Source: an uncultured Omnitrophica bacterium
GTDB taxonomy: Bacteria; Omnitrophota; Gorgyraeia; JACQQV01
NCBI GenBank assembly: GCA_947085655.1
Contig: CAMTXH010000013.1
Location: 23,513-87,512, forward strand
Reading direction: 5' to 3'
DNA: 64,000 nt
The translations under genes and the position numbers were made by a program. Of the stretch, positions 9,312-17,858 are shown piece after piece. The notes below the pieces were generated by a model, which searched no databases, was not told the DNA's origin, and was given only the letters and a program-made list of their open reading frames with translations. Every line of letters begins with the position of its first letter. Position 1 is the stretch's first letter.

Positions 9312-11002
9312 TGTGGCCTCTTCTCGGGTGCGGGGTCGGTCTTCGGACGGATCATTATGACCTGATTACCCGCGAATGGCCCGGGATGGACTGGTTTGAG
9401 GCTGTCTCCGAGAATTTTATTGATTCTGGGGGACGGCCTCTTTCTGTTTTGGAGAAGGTCCGGGCCCGTTATCCGGTGGCCCTCCACGGCGTCTCTCTTT
9501 CCATCGGTTCGGCCGATCCGCTGGATGAAACATATCTCAAAAAATTAAAAACGCTTGCGGATCGGATCGAACCGGTCTTGGTAACGGACCACCTTTGTTG
9601 GAACGGTGTAGCGGGGGAGTGCCTGCACGATCTTCTGCCCCTTCCATTTACGGAAGAGGCGATCCGGCATGTGGTACGGCGGGTCCAAAAGGTCCAGGGG
9701 TTTCTTGGCCGGCGGATTCTCCTTGAAAATATCTCCACTTACATTACGTACAAACATTCGGAGATGCCGGAATGGGTTTTTCTTTCGGAAATTGCCCGCC
9801 GTTCCGGATGCGGCATCCTTCTTGATTTGAACAACCTCTATGTCAATTCCGTCAATCACCGTTTCGAGCCGGAGGAAACCCTCCGGAATATTCCGGGAGA
9901 ATTCGTCGGACAGTTCCATCTGGCCGGGCATACCGACAAGGGAAAATACCTTTTTGATACCCATAATAGCCGTGTGATCGAGCCGGTCTGGGAGTTGTAC
10001 CGGAAGGCCCTTTGTCAGTGGGGGGCGGTGGCTACCCTGATTGAATGGGACGAGGCGATCCCCGATTTTCCAGGTCTTTCGGAGGAGTCGAAAAAAGCGC
10101 GGGCGATTTATGAGGAAGTGACGAAAGGCAAAAAAGATGCTTTAGAAGCAGCTCCTTCCCAAAAACCGGTCATCCGCCCCCGGCCGCCGGAGGGGCCAGA
10201 TCTTGCAACGCTTCAGTGTTGGATGAAATCCCAGATTCGGCCGAGCGGCGGTGGGAAAGAAACTTTTTCCGAATCTCCCCTGAATCCGCAGGGGGGAGAC
10301 CCGGGAATAGTCCGGATGGAGGTGTACGCATCCGGGTATCTGGCGAGGATGAAAGAAGCGCTTGAAGAGGTTTATGAGGCGGTGCACCACCTGACGGGCG
10401 AGGGGGTCTTTTCACGCCTTGCAACCGACTACGCGAAACAATTTCCCTCCCGGCATTACAATTTAAGCGCGGCCGGGGTCCATTTCAGCCGTTTTTTGGA
10501 GATGGCGGAAATCACCGAAAAGCTTCCCTTTCTGCCGGATCTTGTACGGCTTGAGTGGAAGGTGAATCAGGCCTTTCACGCTTTTGAAAAACCGCCCCTC
10601 TCACCGGAGATCTTTCAATCCGTTCCGGAGGAAAAGTGGGATGACTTGGTTTTTGAGTTTCAACCCTCCGTCGGCATCGTCTCCTCCGGGTGGCCTATTC
10701 TGGACCTTTGGCAGGCGCGGAAAACTCCTCGCAAGGAAATCGATATCCAGGTCGTGGACCGCCCCCAGACAGTGCTTATTTTCCGGAAGGGTTTTCAGGT
10801 CCGGTGCGAAAATCTTGAAAGAGGAGAGGCCGCGCTTCTTGAGGGGCTTCTTGCCGGCCGAAGCCTCGGCGATGTCTGCGGTTCGCTTGCCGACTTTTCA
10901 AAAGATCTGTTGCCCGATCTCACCGGAACTTTCCGCAATTGGATGCAAAAAGGCCTTCTGATATGTTACAATGCAGGTAGGATTGGGCACGATGCAAAAT
11001 AG
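9311..11002 (+). CDS. Fused DUF692 (MbnB/BufB-like TIM-barrel di-iron enzyme) and DUF2063 (MbnC/BufC-like) protein
   Basis: The N-terminal ~280 aa show DUF692 hallmarks (GVGLRTDHY, FEAVSENF, HGVSLSIGS, VTDHLCW, LLPLPFTEE, ILLENISTY, GCGILLDLNNLYVNS, FHLAGH). After a Pro-rich linker the C-terminal ~250 aa are DUF2063-like. It is one uninterrupted ORF. The ORF-track start (9239) overlaps bufA; ATG at 9311 (MWPLLGCGVGLRTDHY) is preferred. Confidence 0.75.
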   Translation: MWPLLGCGVGLRTDHYDLITREWPGMDWFEAVSENFIDSGGRPLSVLEKVRARYPVALHGVSLSIGSADPLDETYLKKLKTLADRIEPVLVTDHLCWNGVAGECLHDLLPLPFTEEAIRHVVRRVQKVQGFLGRRILLENISTYITYKHSEMPEWVFLSEIARRSGCGILLDLNNLYVNSVNHRFEPEETLRNIPGEFVGQFHLAGHTDKGKYLFDTHNSRVIEPVWELYRKALCQWGAVATLIEWDEAIPDFPGLSEESKKARAIYEEVTKGKKDALEAAPSQKPVIRPRPPEGPDLATLQCWMKSQIRPSGGGKETFSESPLNPQGGDPGIVRMEVYASGYLARMKEALEEVYEAVHHLTGEGVFSRLATDYAKQFPSRHYNLSAAGVHFSRFLEMAEITEKLPFLPDLVRLEWKVNQAFHAFEKPPLSPEIFQSVPEEKWDDLVFEFQPSVGIVSSGWPILDLWQARKTPRKEIDIQVVDRPQTVLIFRKGFQVRCENLERGEAALLEGLLAGRSLGDVCGSLADFSKDLLPDLTGTFRNWMQKGLLICYNAGRIGHDAK

Positions 11003-12464
11003 AGAATCACTGCAAGCCATTATCAGAGAAAGAGTCAGCAACGAGCTCTTTGTCGTTGTTTCAAACCGCGAACCCTATATCCATCAATTTAAAGGGGAGG
11101 AGATTGTCTGTCAGGAGGCGACCAGCGGACTGATCACCGCACTCGACCCGGTGATGCAGGCCTCAAGCGGTATCTGGATCGCGCACGGAAGCGGGGATGC
11201 GGATCAAAAGGTGGTCGATCAAAAAAATCATGTCCGGGTGCCGCCAGAAAACCCCTCTTACACCCTTCGCCGTGTCTGGCTCACCAAAGAAGAGGAGGAC
11301 GGCTACTATTACGGCTTTTCGAATGAAGCCCTCTGGCCCCTTTGCCATGTGGCCTATACCCGTCCGGTTTTTAACGATGCGGATTGGAAAACGTACTGTG
11401 CCGTCAATCAGAAATTTGCGGATGCGATTCTTGAAGAAGTGGGAAGCCGGAAGGCCTTTGTCTTTATCCAGGATTATCACTTCACGCAACTGGCGCGACT
11501 CCTCAAGCGGCCGAATATCCGGACCGCGCATTTCTGGCACATCCCCTGGCCGAATCCCGAGGTTTTCCGGATTTGCCCCTGGGCGACCGAAATCCTCGAC
11601 GGGCTTTTAGGAAACGACCTCCTCGGTTTCCACACGCGGCTTCACTGCCAAAATTTTCTGGACAATGTCTGGACGATGCTCAAGGCAAAGGTAGATTATG
11701 AGCGGTTTGAGATCAGCCGGGATGGAGCCACCACATCGGTCCGTCCCTTCCCGATCAGCATCGATTTTGAAGCGACCTCCGAGGACGCCCGGAGCGCCGA
11801 GGTGGAAACGGAGATGGAAAACCTCCGGAAAAAATACGGGCTTCGGAATATGTTGATCGGGCTCGGGGTGGACCGGGTTGACTATACGAAAGGGATTCCG
11901 GACCAATTCCGGGCGCTGGACCGGTTTCTGGAGCGGTATCCGGAGTATCAGGGGCGGGTGATGATGGTGGAAATCGGCGTTTCCAGCCGGGCGCGAATCC
12001 CGACGTATCAGAGAGTGAACGACGAAATCGACCAGATTGTGGAAGAGGTCAACTGGAAATATCAGAAGGGGGGATGGAAGCCGATTCTCTATCTGAAGGA
12101 AAGGGCTCCGGCGACAACACTGCACGCCTGGTACCGGCTGGCAAACTTCTGCGTGGTCAGTTCCCTGCACGATGGAATGAATCTGGTGGCCAAGGAGTAC
12201 GTTGCTTCCCGCAATCAGGAGGACGGCGTTCTTCTCCTCAGCCGCTTTACGGGGAGCGCCCGCGAACTGACCGACGCCATTTTGATTAATCCCTATGCCA
12301 TCGACCATATGGCGGAGGCCTACCGCGAAGCCCTGACCATGCCGCTGAAGGAGCAAAAAAATCGGATGCGGCAACTCCGCGCGCATGTGCAGGATCACAA
12401 TATCTACCGGTGGGCCGCTCAGGTCCTCTCATCCCTCTTTCAGTTTGAATTTGCGGAGAAATGA
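10992..12464 (+). CDS. otsA: Alpha,alpha-trehalose-phosphate synthase (GT20)
   Basis: GT20 motifs (VVSNREPY, GGL..AL, WIAHGSG, GFSNEALWPLCH, FIQDYHF, FFLHIPWP, HDGMNLVAKEY). An ATG at 10992 overlaps the bufBC stop (ATGCAAAATAG), indicating translational coupling; the ORF-track start is 10971. Confidence 0.85.
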   Translation: MQNRESLQAIIRERVSNELFVVVSNREPYIHQFKGEEIVCQEATSGLITALDPVMQASSGIWIAHGSGDADQKVVDQKNHVRVPPENPSYTLRRVWLTKEEEDGYYYGFSNEALWPLCHVAYTRPVFNDADWKTYCAVNQKFADAILEEVGSRKAFVFIQDYHFTQLARLLKRPNIRTAHFWHIPWPNPEVFRICPWATEILDGLLGNDLLGFHTRLHCQNFLDNVWTMLKAKVDYERFEISRDGATTSVRPFPISIDFEATSEDARSAEVETEMENLRKKYGLRNMLIGLGVDRVDYTKGIPDQFRALDRFLERYPEYQGRVMMVEIGVSSRARIPTYQRVNDEIDQIVEEVNWKYQKGGWKPILYLKERAPATTLHAWYRLANFCVVSSLHDGMNLVAKEYVASRNQEDGVLLLSRFTGSARELTDAILINPYAIDHMAEAYREALTMPLKEQKNRMRQLRAHVQDHNIYRWAAQVLSSLFQFEFAEK

Positions 12465-12467
12465 TTT

Positions 12468-13265
12468 TTGAAGCATCCCCCGAAATTTTTCCTTTTCGCC
12501 GATTATGACGGAACCCTCACCCCGATTGTCTCCCACGCCAAAAAAGCGCGCCTTTCCAAAAAATTACGGCGCCTTTTAAAAAAACTTTCCCGAAAGCCGG
12601 GATGCATCCTCGGGATTGTGAGCGGCCGCGCGCTCCCGGAACTGAAGCGCTTCGTCGGAGTCCCCGGCCTTGTCTATATCGGAAACCACGGATTTGAACT
12701 TGAGTCCAGCCGGTTTTCCTTCGTTCATCCTTCCGCACGCCGCGCACGCCCCCTCATGGAACGGATTGCCGATACCTTGGAGGAGTCTCTCAAAGAGTTC
12801 CGGGGGGCATGGGTGGAGCGGAAGGGATGGACGGTGAGCGTTCACTGGCGGGGCGTTTCTCCGCGGAAGCAAAGCCGTTGCCGGCGCCGGATTCTGGTCG
12901 CTGTGGCCTCCGCCCGCAGAGCGCACAAAATCCGTCTGACGCATGGGAAATGCGTCACAGAAATCCGTCCACCGGTCCTTTGGAATAAAGGGACGATGAT
13001 TGAATGGGCGGTGAAACGGCTTGCGGGAAGAAACAGGCGTTTTGGGTCATGTTATCTGGGGGATGACCGGACGGATGAAGATGCGTTCCGGGTCGTCAAT
13101 CGTCTCGGGGGGATTTCCATTTTTGTTGGAAAAGACAAGAAACATTCCCGGGCGTGTTATTCTTTGAAGAATCCCAACGACGTCCAAGTGTTTTTTAAGC
13201 ATCTTCTCGATGATTTACCCGTCGCCGAGGCCGTTTGTCAAGGCGGCGGCGTTCTGTTACCATAG
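12468..13265 (+). CDS. otsB: Trehalose-6-phosphate phosphatase (HAD-IIB)
   Basis: FLFADYDGTLTPIV (DxDGT HAD motif I); later motifs S/T and K-x(n)-GDD (YLGDDRTDEDAF); only a 3-nt gap after otsA. Confidence 0.8.
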   Translation: MKHPPKFFLFADYDGTLTPIVSHAKKARLSKKLRRLLKKLSRKPGCILGIVSGRALPELKRFVGVPGLVYIGNHGFELESSRFSFVHPSARRARPLMERIADTLEESLKEFRGAWVERKGWTVSVHWRGVSPRKQSRCRRRILVAVASARRAHKIRLTHGKCVTEIRPPVLWNKGTMIEWAVKRLAGRNRRFGSCYLGDDRTDEDAFRVVNRLGGISIFVGKDKKHSRACYSLKNPNDVQVFFKHLLDDLPVAEAVCQGGGVLLP

Positions 13266-13289
13266 AAGAAGCGGACGAGGAAGGAGCCT

Positions 13290-13691
13290 ATGACAGCGAA
13301 GGAAAGATTGCTGAATGTGGGGCTATTGTGGCTTCGGGTGCTGGTGGGACTCGGAATCGCATCCCACGGCTACCAGAAAATTTTCGGCGGGCAGTTGAGT
13401 TTGTTAATCAACAGCGTGACGGAAATGGGGTTTCCCCAGCCGGTCCTCCTTGGCTGGGCAGCGGCTCTCTCGGAATTTGCCGGAGGGATTCTGATCGTGC
13501 TCGGGCTTGGCACCCGTGTCGCCGCCTGCTTTGTCTTTGCCACGATGAGCGTTGCCGCATTTATCGCGCATGCTTCGGATCCTTTCCAAGTAAAGGAGTT
13601 GGCTCTCGCCTATTGGACGATGGCCGGCTTTTTGATTTTAAGCGGAGGAGGCATATTTTCGTTGGATGCGAAGTGCTTCCGGGAGGGATAA
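13290..13691 (+). CDS. DoxX-family membrane protein
   Basis: Four TM segments, WLRVLVGLGIASHGYQKIFGG, and an overall DoxX pattern. Confidence 0.8.
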   Translation: MTAKERLLNVGLLWLRVLVGLGIASHGYQKIFGGQLSLLINSVTEMGFPQPVLLGWAAALSEFAGGILIVLGLGTRVAACFVFATMSVAAFIAHASDPFQVKELALAYWTMAGFLILSGGGIFSLDAKCFREG

Positions 13692-13850
13692 ATGGTCGGC
13701 GTGATCATGGGGATCGTCGTATTGACGATGGTGGTCTTGGCTTTTACACTGGATCCGCAGGTCAAGCGCTGCGAACATTGCGAGGGTCCGGTCACGCTGA
13801 AGGAATTCTGGTCGCATTTTAAGAGGTGTTCTGAAACCAAAAAGAAATGA
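13692..13850 (+). CDS. Unannotated 52-aa micro-ORF: single TM helix plus C-x2-C...C cluster (MVGVIMGIVVLTMVVLAFTLDPQVKRCEHCEGPVTLKEFWSHFKRCSETKKK)
   Basis: An ATG sits immediately after the DoxX stop, and the ORF's TGA overlaps the sigma-factor ATG (ATGA), so it would be coupled on both sides. It is below the 60-aa cut-off of the ORF track. Confidence 0.4.
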   Translation: MVGVIMGIVVLTMVVLAFTLDPQVKRCEHCEGPVTLKEFWSHFKRCSETKKK

Positions 13851-14470
13851 ACCGCATCTCAACAGGAGACCAAGCACTGATTCGCCGGCTGAAAGTGCGT
13901 GACGAAACGGCGGTGGGGGAGCTCATGACCCAGTATCACGCGAAGGTGATGGGCCTCGCCCTCCGGCTCACCGGCAATCGTCAGGACGCGGAAGAAGTGC
14001 TCCAGGACGTTTTTTGGACGGTGGTTCAAAAAATCGGGGGCTTCCGGGAAGAGTCGAGTCTTTCCACTTGGATTTACAGGATTGCCACGAATGTCGCATT
14101 GATGAAACTCCGCAAACGCCCCAAAATCGAGGAACTTCCCCTTGACGAAGAACTCGGCCCCAAGATAACCGGAGAAGGGATGATTGCCGAGACGGTGACG
14201 GATTGGTCCAATCTTCCGGATGGTGCCGCATCCCGCAAGGAATGGATGCAGCATCTGGAGGAGGCGGTCCGGAGACTCCCTCCGGAATACCGGACTGTTT
14301 TTGTCCTTCGGGATGTGGAAGGACTCTCTGCCGAAGAAGCATGCAAGATCCTGAATCTTTCTATTCCGGCCCTGAAAAGCCGGCTGCACCGGGCGCGGCT
14401 TTTCCTTCGAAAGGAGATGGCGGATGTGGCGGAGACCCGGCCGATCGGAATGAGGTCACCCCATGCTTAA
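13847..14470 (+). CDS. ECF-type RNA polymerase sigma-70 factor
   Basis: Sigma70 region 2 (VLQDVFWTVVQKIGGFREESSLSTWIYRIATNVALMKLRKR) and region 4 (YRTVFVLRDVEGLSAEEACKILNLSIPALKSRLHRAR). Confidence 0.85.
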   Translation: MNRISTGDQALIRRLKVRDETAVGELMTQYHAKVMGLALRLTGNRQDAEEVLQDVFWTVVQKIGGFREESSLSTWIYRIATNVALMKLRKRPKIEELPLDEELGPKITGEGMIAETVTDWSNLPDGAASRKEWMQHLEEAVRRLPPEYRTVFVLRDVEGLSAEEACKILNLSIPALKSRLHRARLFLRKEMADVAETRPIGMRSPHA

Positions 14471-14750
14471 ATGCAGGGACATCAACGGATTGCTTCATGA
14501 TTATGCGGAAGGGCTCTTGGAGCTCTCCGTTCACAAAGAGCTGGACCGGCATCTTTCGGATTGCCCCGGCTGTCTCGCTTTTGTGAAGACCTATAAAGAA
14601 ACCATCCGCCTTTCGAAAGACCTTCGCACCGGGGAGATGCCTCCCGAACTTCAAGAGAAGCTCGAGAGTTTCCTCAAAGCCAAACTCGCTGAAAAACCCA
14701 AAACCCTCTGGGACCGGCTCCGCTCCCGCTTCGGCCGGGGCTGTTGTTAG
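14463..14750 (+). CDS. Anti-sigma factor, zf-HC2 type (soluble, ChrR/RsrA-like)
   Basis: H-x3-C-x2-C motif (HLSDCPGC); its start overlaps the sigma stop (ATGCTTAA). Confidence 0.7.
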   Translation: MLKCRDINGLLHDYAEGLLELSVHKELDRHLSDCPGCLAFVKTYKETIRLSKDLRTGEMPPELQEKLESFLKAKLAEKPKTLWDRLRSRFGRGCC

Positions 14751-14790
14751 AGTTTCCCTTGAGCCGGGGCCGTAAACGGCCTATAATGGA

Positions 14791-15876
14791 ATGGAGATGA
14801 ATAAAGAACTTTTTCAGGAATTTCTTGCAAAAGAAGTCTTCGGAAACACCGCTCAGGCCTACCTGGTCTCGCTCTGTGTCTTTTTCGGTTTCCTGGTGGG
14901 ACTCCGGATCTTCAAGGTGATGGTGATTCACCGGCTCCGCCAATATGCCAAGACCACGACCAGCGATATTGACGATTTCCTCGTCCAACTTCTTGACCAG
15001 ATCAGTCCCCTTGTCTATTTTTTCCTGCCGCTTTACGTAGCAACCCGCTCCCTGACTCTGAATCAGAGTCTTGCAGGCATTCTCCATACCGCTTTTGTGA
15101 TTGTCCTCACCGTCAAAGCCATTCATGTCCTCCAGGCGGTCTCCACCTTTTTCCTGAACCGGTGGGCTTCTAAAACCGAGGAAGACGACCTGACCAATGC
15201 GATGGTGGTCCGGAATGTGAGCAAGGTGCTGAACATCGTCCTTTGGGTCGTCGGCATTATCTTCATCTTGGACAACGTCGGTGTGAATATCGCCTCGATC
15301 GTTGCGGGCCTTGGGGTCGGCGGGATCGCGGTGGCGCTTGCCGCCCAGTCCATCCTGGGGGATGCCTTCAGCGGGTTTCTGATTTTTGTGGACAAGCCCT
15401 TCAAGGCGGGGGATTTTATCATCGTCGGGGATCTTCTCGGGACAGTGGAGCATATCGGTTTCAAGACGACCCGGATCCGGAGTCTTCACGGAGAGCAGCT
15501 GATTTTCTCCAATACCGATTTGACCTCCAGCCGGATCCGAAACTACAAGCGGATGGAGACCCGCCGGATCCTCTTCAAAATCGGGGTGATCTACCAGACG
15601 CCGCTCGAAAAACTTAAGACAATCCCAAAAATGATTGAAAACATTGTCCAGGAAAACAAACTGGCCAAGTTCGACCGGGCCCATTTCCAGAGTTACGGCG
15701 ATTTCGCCCTGATTTACGAAATCGTCTATTACGTGCTGACGGCGGACTACAATCAATACATGGATGTCCAGCATTTCATCAATGTCCGGATCAAGGAGGA
15801 GTTCGAAAAGGCGGGAATCGAATTTGCCTACCCGACCCAACAACTTTTTGTCACCCAGGTGGGATCGCCTCAGTGA
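14791..15876 (+). CDS. Small-conductance mechanosensitive channel (MscS family)
   Basis: TM region followed by the MscS beta-domain (AGDFIIVGDLLGTVEHIGFKTTRIRSLHGEQLIFSNTDL). Confidence 0.85.
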   Translation: MEMNKELFQEFLAKEVFGNTAQAYLVSLCVFFGFLVGLRIFKVMVIHRLRQYAKTTTSDIDDFLVQLLDQISPLVYFFLPLYVATRSLTLNQSLAGILHTAFVIVLTVKAIHVLQAVSTFFLNRWASKTEEDDLTNAMVVRNVSKVLNIVLWVVGIIFILDNVGVNIASIVAGLGVGGIAVALAAQSILGDAFSGFLIFVDKPFKAGDFIIVGDLLGTVEHIGFKTTRIRSLHGEQLIFSNTDLTSSRIRNYKRMETRRILFKIGVIYQTPLEKLKTIPKMIENIVQENKLAKFDRAHFQSYGDFALIYEIVYYVLTADYNQYMDVQHFINVRIKEEFEKAGIEFAYPTQQLFVTQVGSPQ

Positions 15877-17552
15877 GTCTCTTCTGGGTTGCGATTCTGG
15901 CCTTGGGCCTTTTTGTCGCGGCCTATTTCCTTTACGGCCGTCTCGTTTCCCGGCTATTCGAGTTATCTCCCGAAAGAACCACCCCCGCCCACCAGATGCG
16001 CGACGGAATGGACTATGTTCCGGCGAAAGCGCCCCTCCTTTTGGGTCAGCACTTTTCCGCCATTGCGGCCGCAGGCCCGATTGTCGGGCCGATTTTGGCG
16101 GGACTTTGGTTCGGGTGGCTTCCGGCGCTTCTCTGGATCGTCCTCGGAGCCATTTTTTTCGGGGCGGTGCATGATTTCTCAAGTCTCGTCGGTTCCATCC
16201 GGCATCAGGCCCGCTCCATCGTGGAGATTGTGCGGGATCACCTCGGGCGGAGAGCGCACCTCTTTTTCATGGGATTTGTGTGGCTTTCGTTGGTCTATGT
16301 CATCATCGCCTTTACCGATTTAACCAGCAGTTCCTTTGCGGGGGTCGGATACGGCGGAGGGATTGCGACGTCGTCGCTCTTGTATCTTTTCGTCGCGGTG
16401 GCGATGGGGATCGCCCTCTATCGGTTCCGGATGCCGCTTTGGGTTGCGACACTCCTCTTTGTTCCTGTCGTCGGTGGCGTCATCTGGTTCGGACAGAAAG
16501 TGCCGATCGTTCTTCCTGAGGGGGGAGCGATCCGGCCGCAACTGGTATGGAACGGGATCATCCTCTCGTATTGTTTTATTGCCTCCATTATTCCGATGTG
16601 GATTCTCCTTCAGCCCCGCGGATACCTCGGCGGTTTTTTTCTTTATATTACTTTGGCCGGCGGCGTCGTCGGCCTTTTTTTGGGAGGGGATACCATTCAG
16701 TACCCCGCTTTTCTCGGATGGACGAGCCAGCGGGGATTTCCGCTCTTCCCGATGCTCTTTGTGACAGTGGCCTGCGGTGCCTGTTCCGGATTCCACGGGA
16801 TTGTCTCTTCCGGCACCACCTCCAAACAGATCGACGGGGAGCCGGACTGCCGTCTGGTCGGATACGGCGGGATGCTTCTTGAGGGACTGGTGGCGGTCAT
16901 TGCCCTTGCCACCGTGATGGTGCTTGCGCCGGGCGATCCGTTGACCCGGCAGTCCCCGGATCGGATTTATGCCAGCGGCCTCAGTCACTTTGTAGAGCGA
17001 TTCGGCATCCACCGCGAATTTGCCATGGCCTTTGTCCTTTTGGCCTTTGCCACCTTTATCTATGACACGCTCGATGTGGCGACCCGGCTGGGCCGCTATC
17101 TTTTTCAGGAACTGACCGGATGGAAGGGGAGAAGCGGCAGAATCGGCGCAACGCTCTGCACCCTGGCGCTTCCCGCCTTTTGCGTGAGTCTGACGGTCAA
17201 AGATTCCTCCGGCAACATCATTCCCGCCTGGAAAATCTTCTGGACAATTTTCGGAACTTCCAACCAGCTCCTTGCAGCCCTGACGCTCCTCACGGTCACG
17301 GTCTGGCTCAAGCGGAGCGGGAAACCTTGGTGGATCAGTGCCGTCCCGGCTTGCTTCATGCTGACGATGACGCTCTGGTCGCTTCTGTTTCTGATGTGGC
17401 CGTGGCTTTCCACTGTTGTTCAAGAAGGGCGGTGGACGGTCGACTGGGTCGCCCTGATCGCCTTTGTCCTCTTTGGTCTTGCGCTTTTAGTCATGATCGA
17501 AGCGCTCAAGACCTTTTCGCATCTCATTCCCTCCTCCCGCCCCGCTCCTTAA
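15873..17552 (+). CDS. cstA: Carbon starvation protein A (CstA peptide/pyruvate transporter family)
   Basis: DYVPAKAPLLLGQHFSAIAAAGPIVGPILA... matches the E. coli CstA N-terminus closely, and the protein is polytopic. Confidence 0.85.
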   Translation: MSLFWVAILALGLFVAAYFLYGRLVSRLFELSPERTTPAHQMRDGMDYVPAKAPLLLGQHFSAIAAAGPIVGPILAGLWFGWLPALLWIVLGAIFFGAVHDFSSLVGSIRHQARSIVEIVRDHLGRRAHLFFMGFVWLSLVYVIIAFTDLTSSSFAGVGYGGGIATSSLLYLFVAVAMGIALYRFRMPLWVATLLFVPVVGGVIWFGQKVPIVLPEGGAIRPQLVWNGIILSYCFIASIIPMWILLQPRGYLGGFFLYITLAGGVVGLFLGGDTIQYPAFLGWTSQRGFPLFPMLFVTVACGACSGFHGIVSSGTTSKQIDGEPDCRLVGYGGMLLEGLVAVIALATVMVLAPGDPLTRQSPDRIYASGLSHFVERFGIHREFAMAFVLLAFATFIYDTLDVATRLGRYLFQELTGWKGRSGRIGATLCTLALPAFCVSLTVKDSSGNIIPAWKIFWTIFGTSNQLLAALTLLTVTVWLKRSGKPWWISAVPACFMLTMTLWSLLFLMWPWLSTVVQEGRWTVDWVALIAFVLFGLALLVMIEALKTFSHLIPSSRPAP

Positions 17553-17666
17553 AAAAGCGCATGAAACCCCCTGACATTCGGAAAGATTTCTCCCTCCGAC
17601 CGCGCCCAATATATTGCCACTGTCGAAAAGGTCGTGAAGATTTTCTCGGAGAAAAAGTCCTTATGA

Positions 17667-17858
17667 ATGAATTTCTGGAAACGCTTCTGTCTCACACTGA
17701 TATTTATTGCACTCGGCCCCCTTTTTCTGGCGGAAGGGAATGAGCCGCTCACGCTTTCCGACTGCTATAGGCTGACGCTCCGGCAGAGTGAAAAGGTGGC
17801 CCTTCAAAAAGAATTGATCGAGGAGCCGAGACGCGCGTTCCGATGGCCATTGCGGTGA
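17667..17858 (+). pseudogene. 5' remnant of a TolC-family outer-membrane efflux protein gene (signal peptide plus the first helix only)
   Basis: MNFWKRFCLTLIFIALGPLFLAEG is a signal peptide; EPLTLSDCYRLTLRQSEKVALQKELIEE resembles the conserved N-terminal motif of OMF proteins. The ORF ends after 63 aa. Confidence 0.45.

Noticed and set aside
11607-12398. 263-aa minus-strand ORF
   Set aside because: Antisense to otsA.
14674-16182. 502-aa ORF on the minus strand
   Set aside because: It lies entirely antisense to the MscS and CstA genes, which have strong family matches. Its translation is Arg/Pro/Gly-rich, typical of spurious antisense frames in GC-rich DNA.
16320-17423. 367-aa minus-strand ORF
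   Set aside because: Antisense to cstA, with a highly basic, low-complexity translation.
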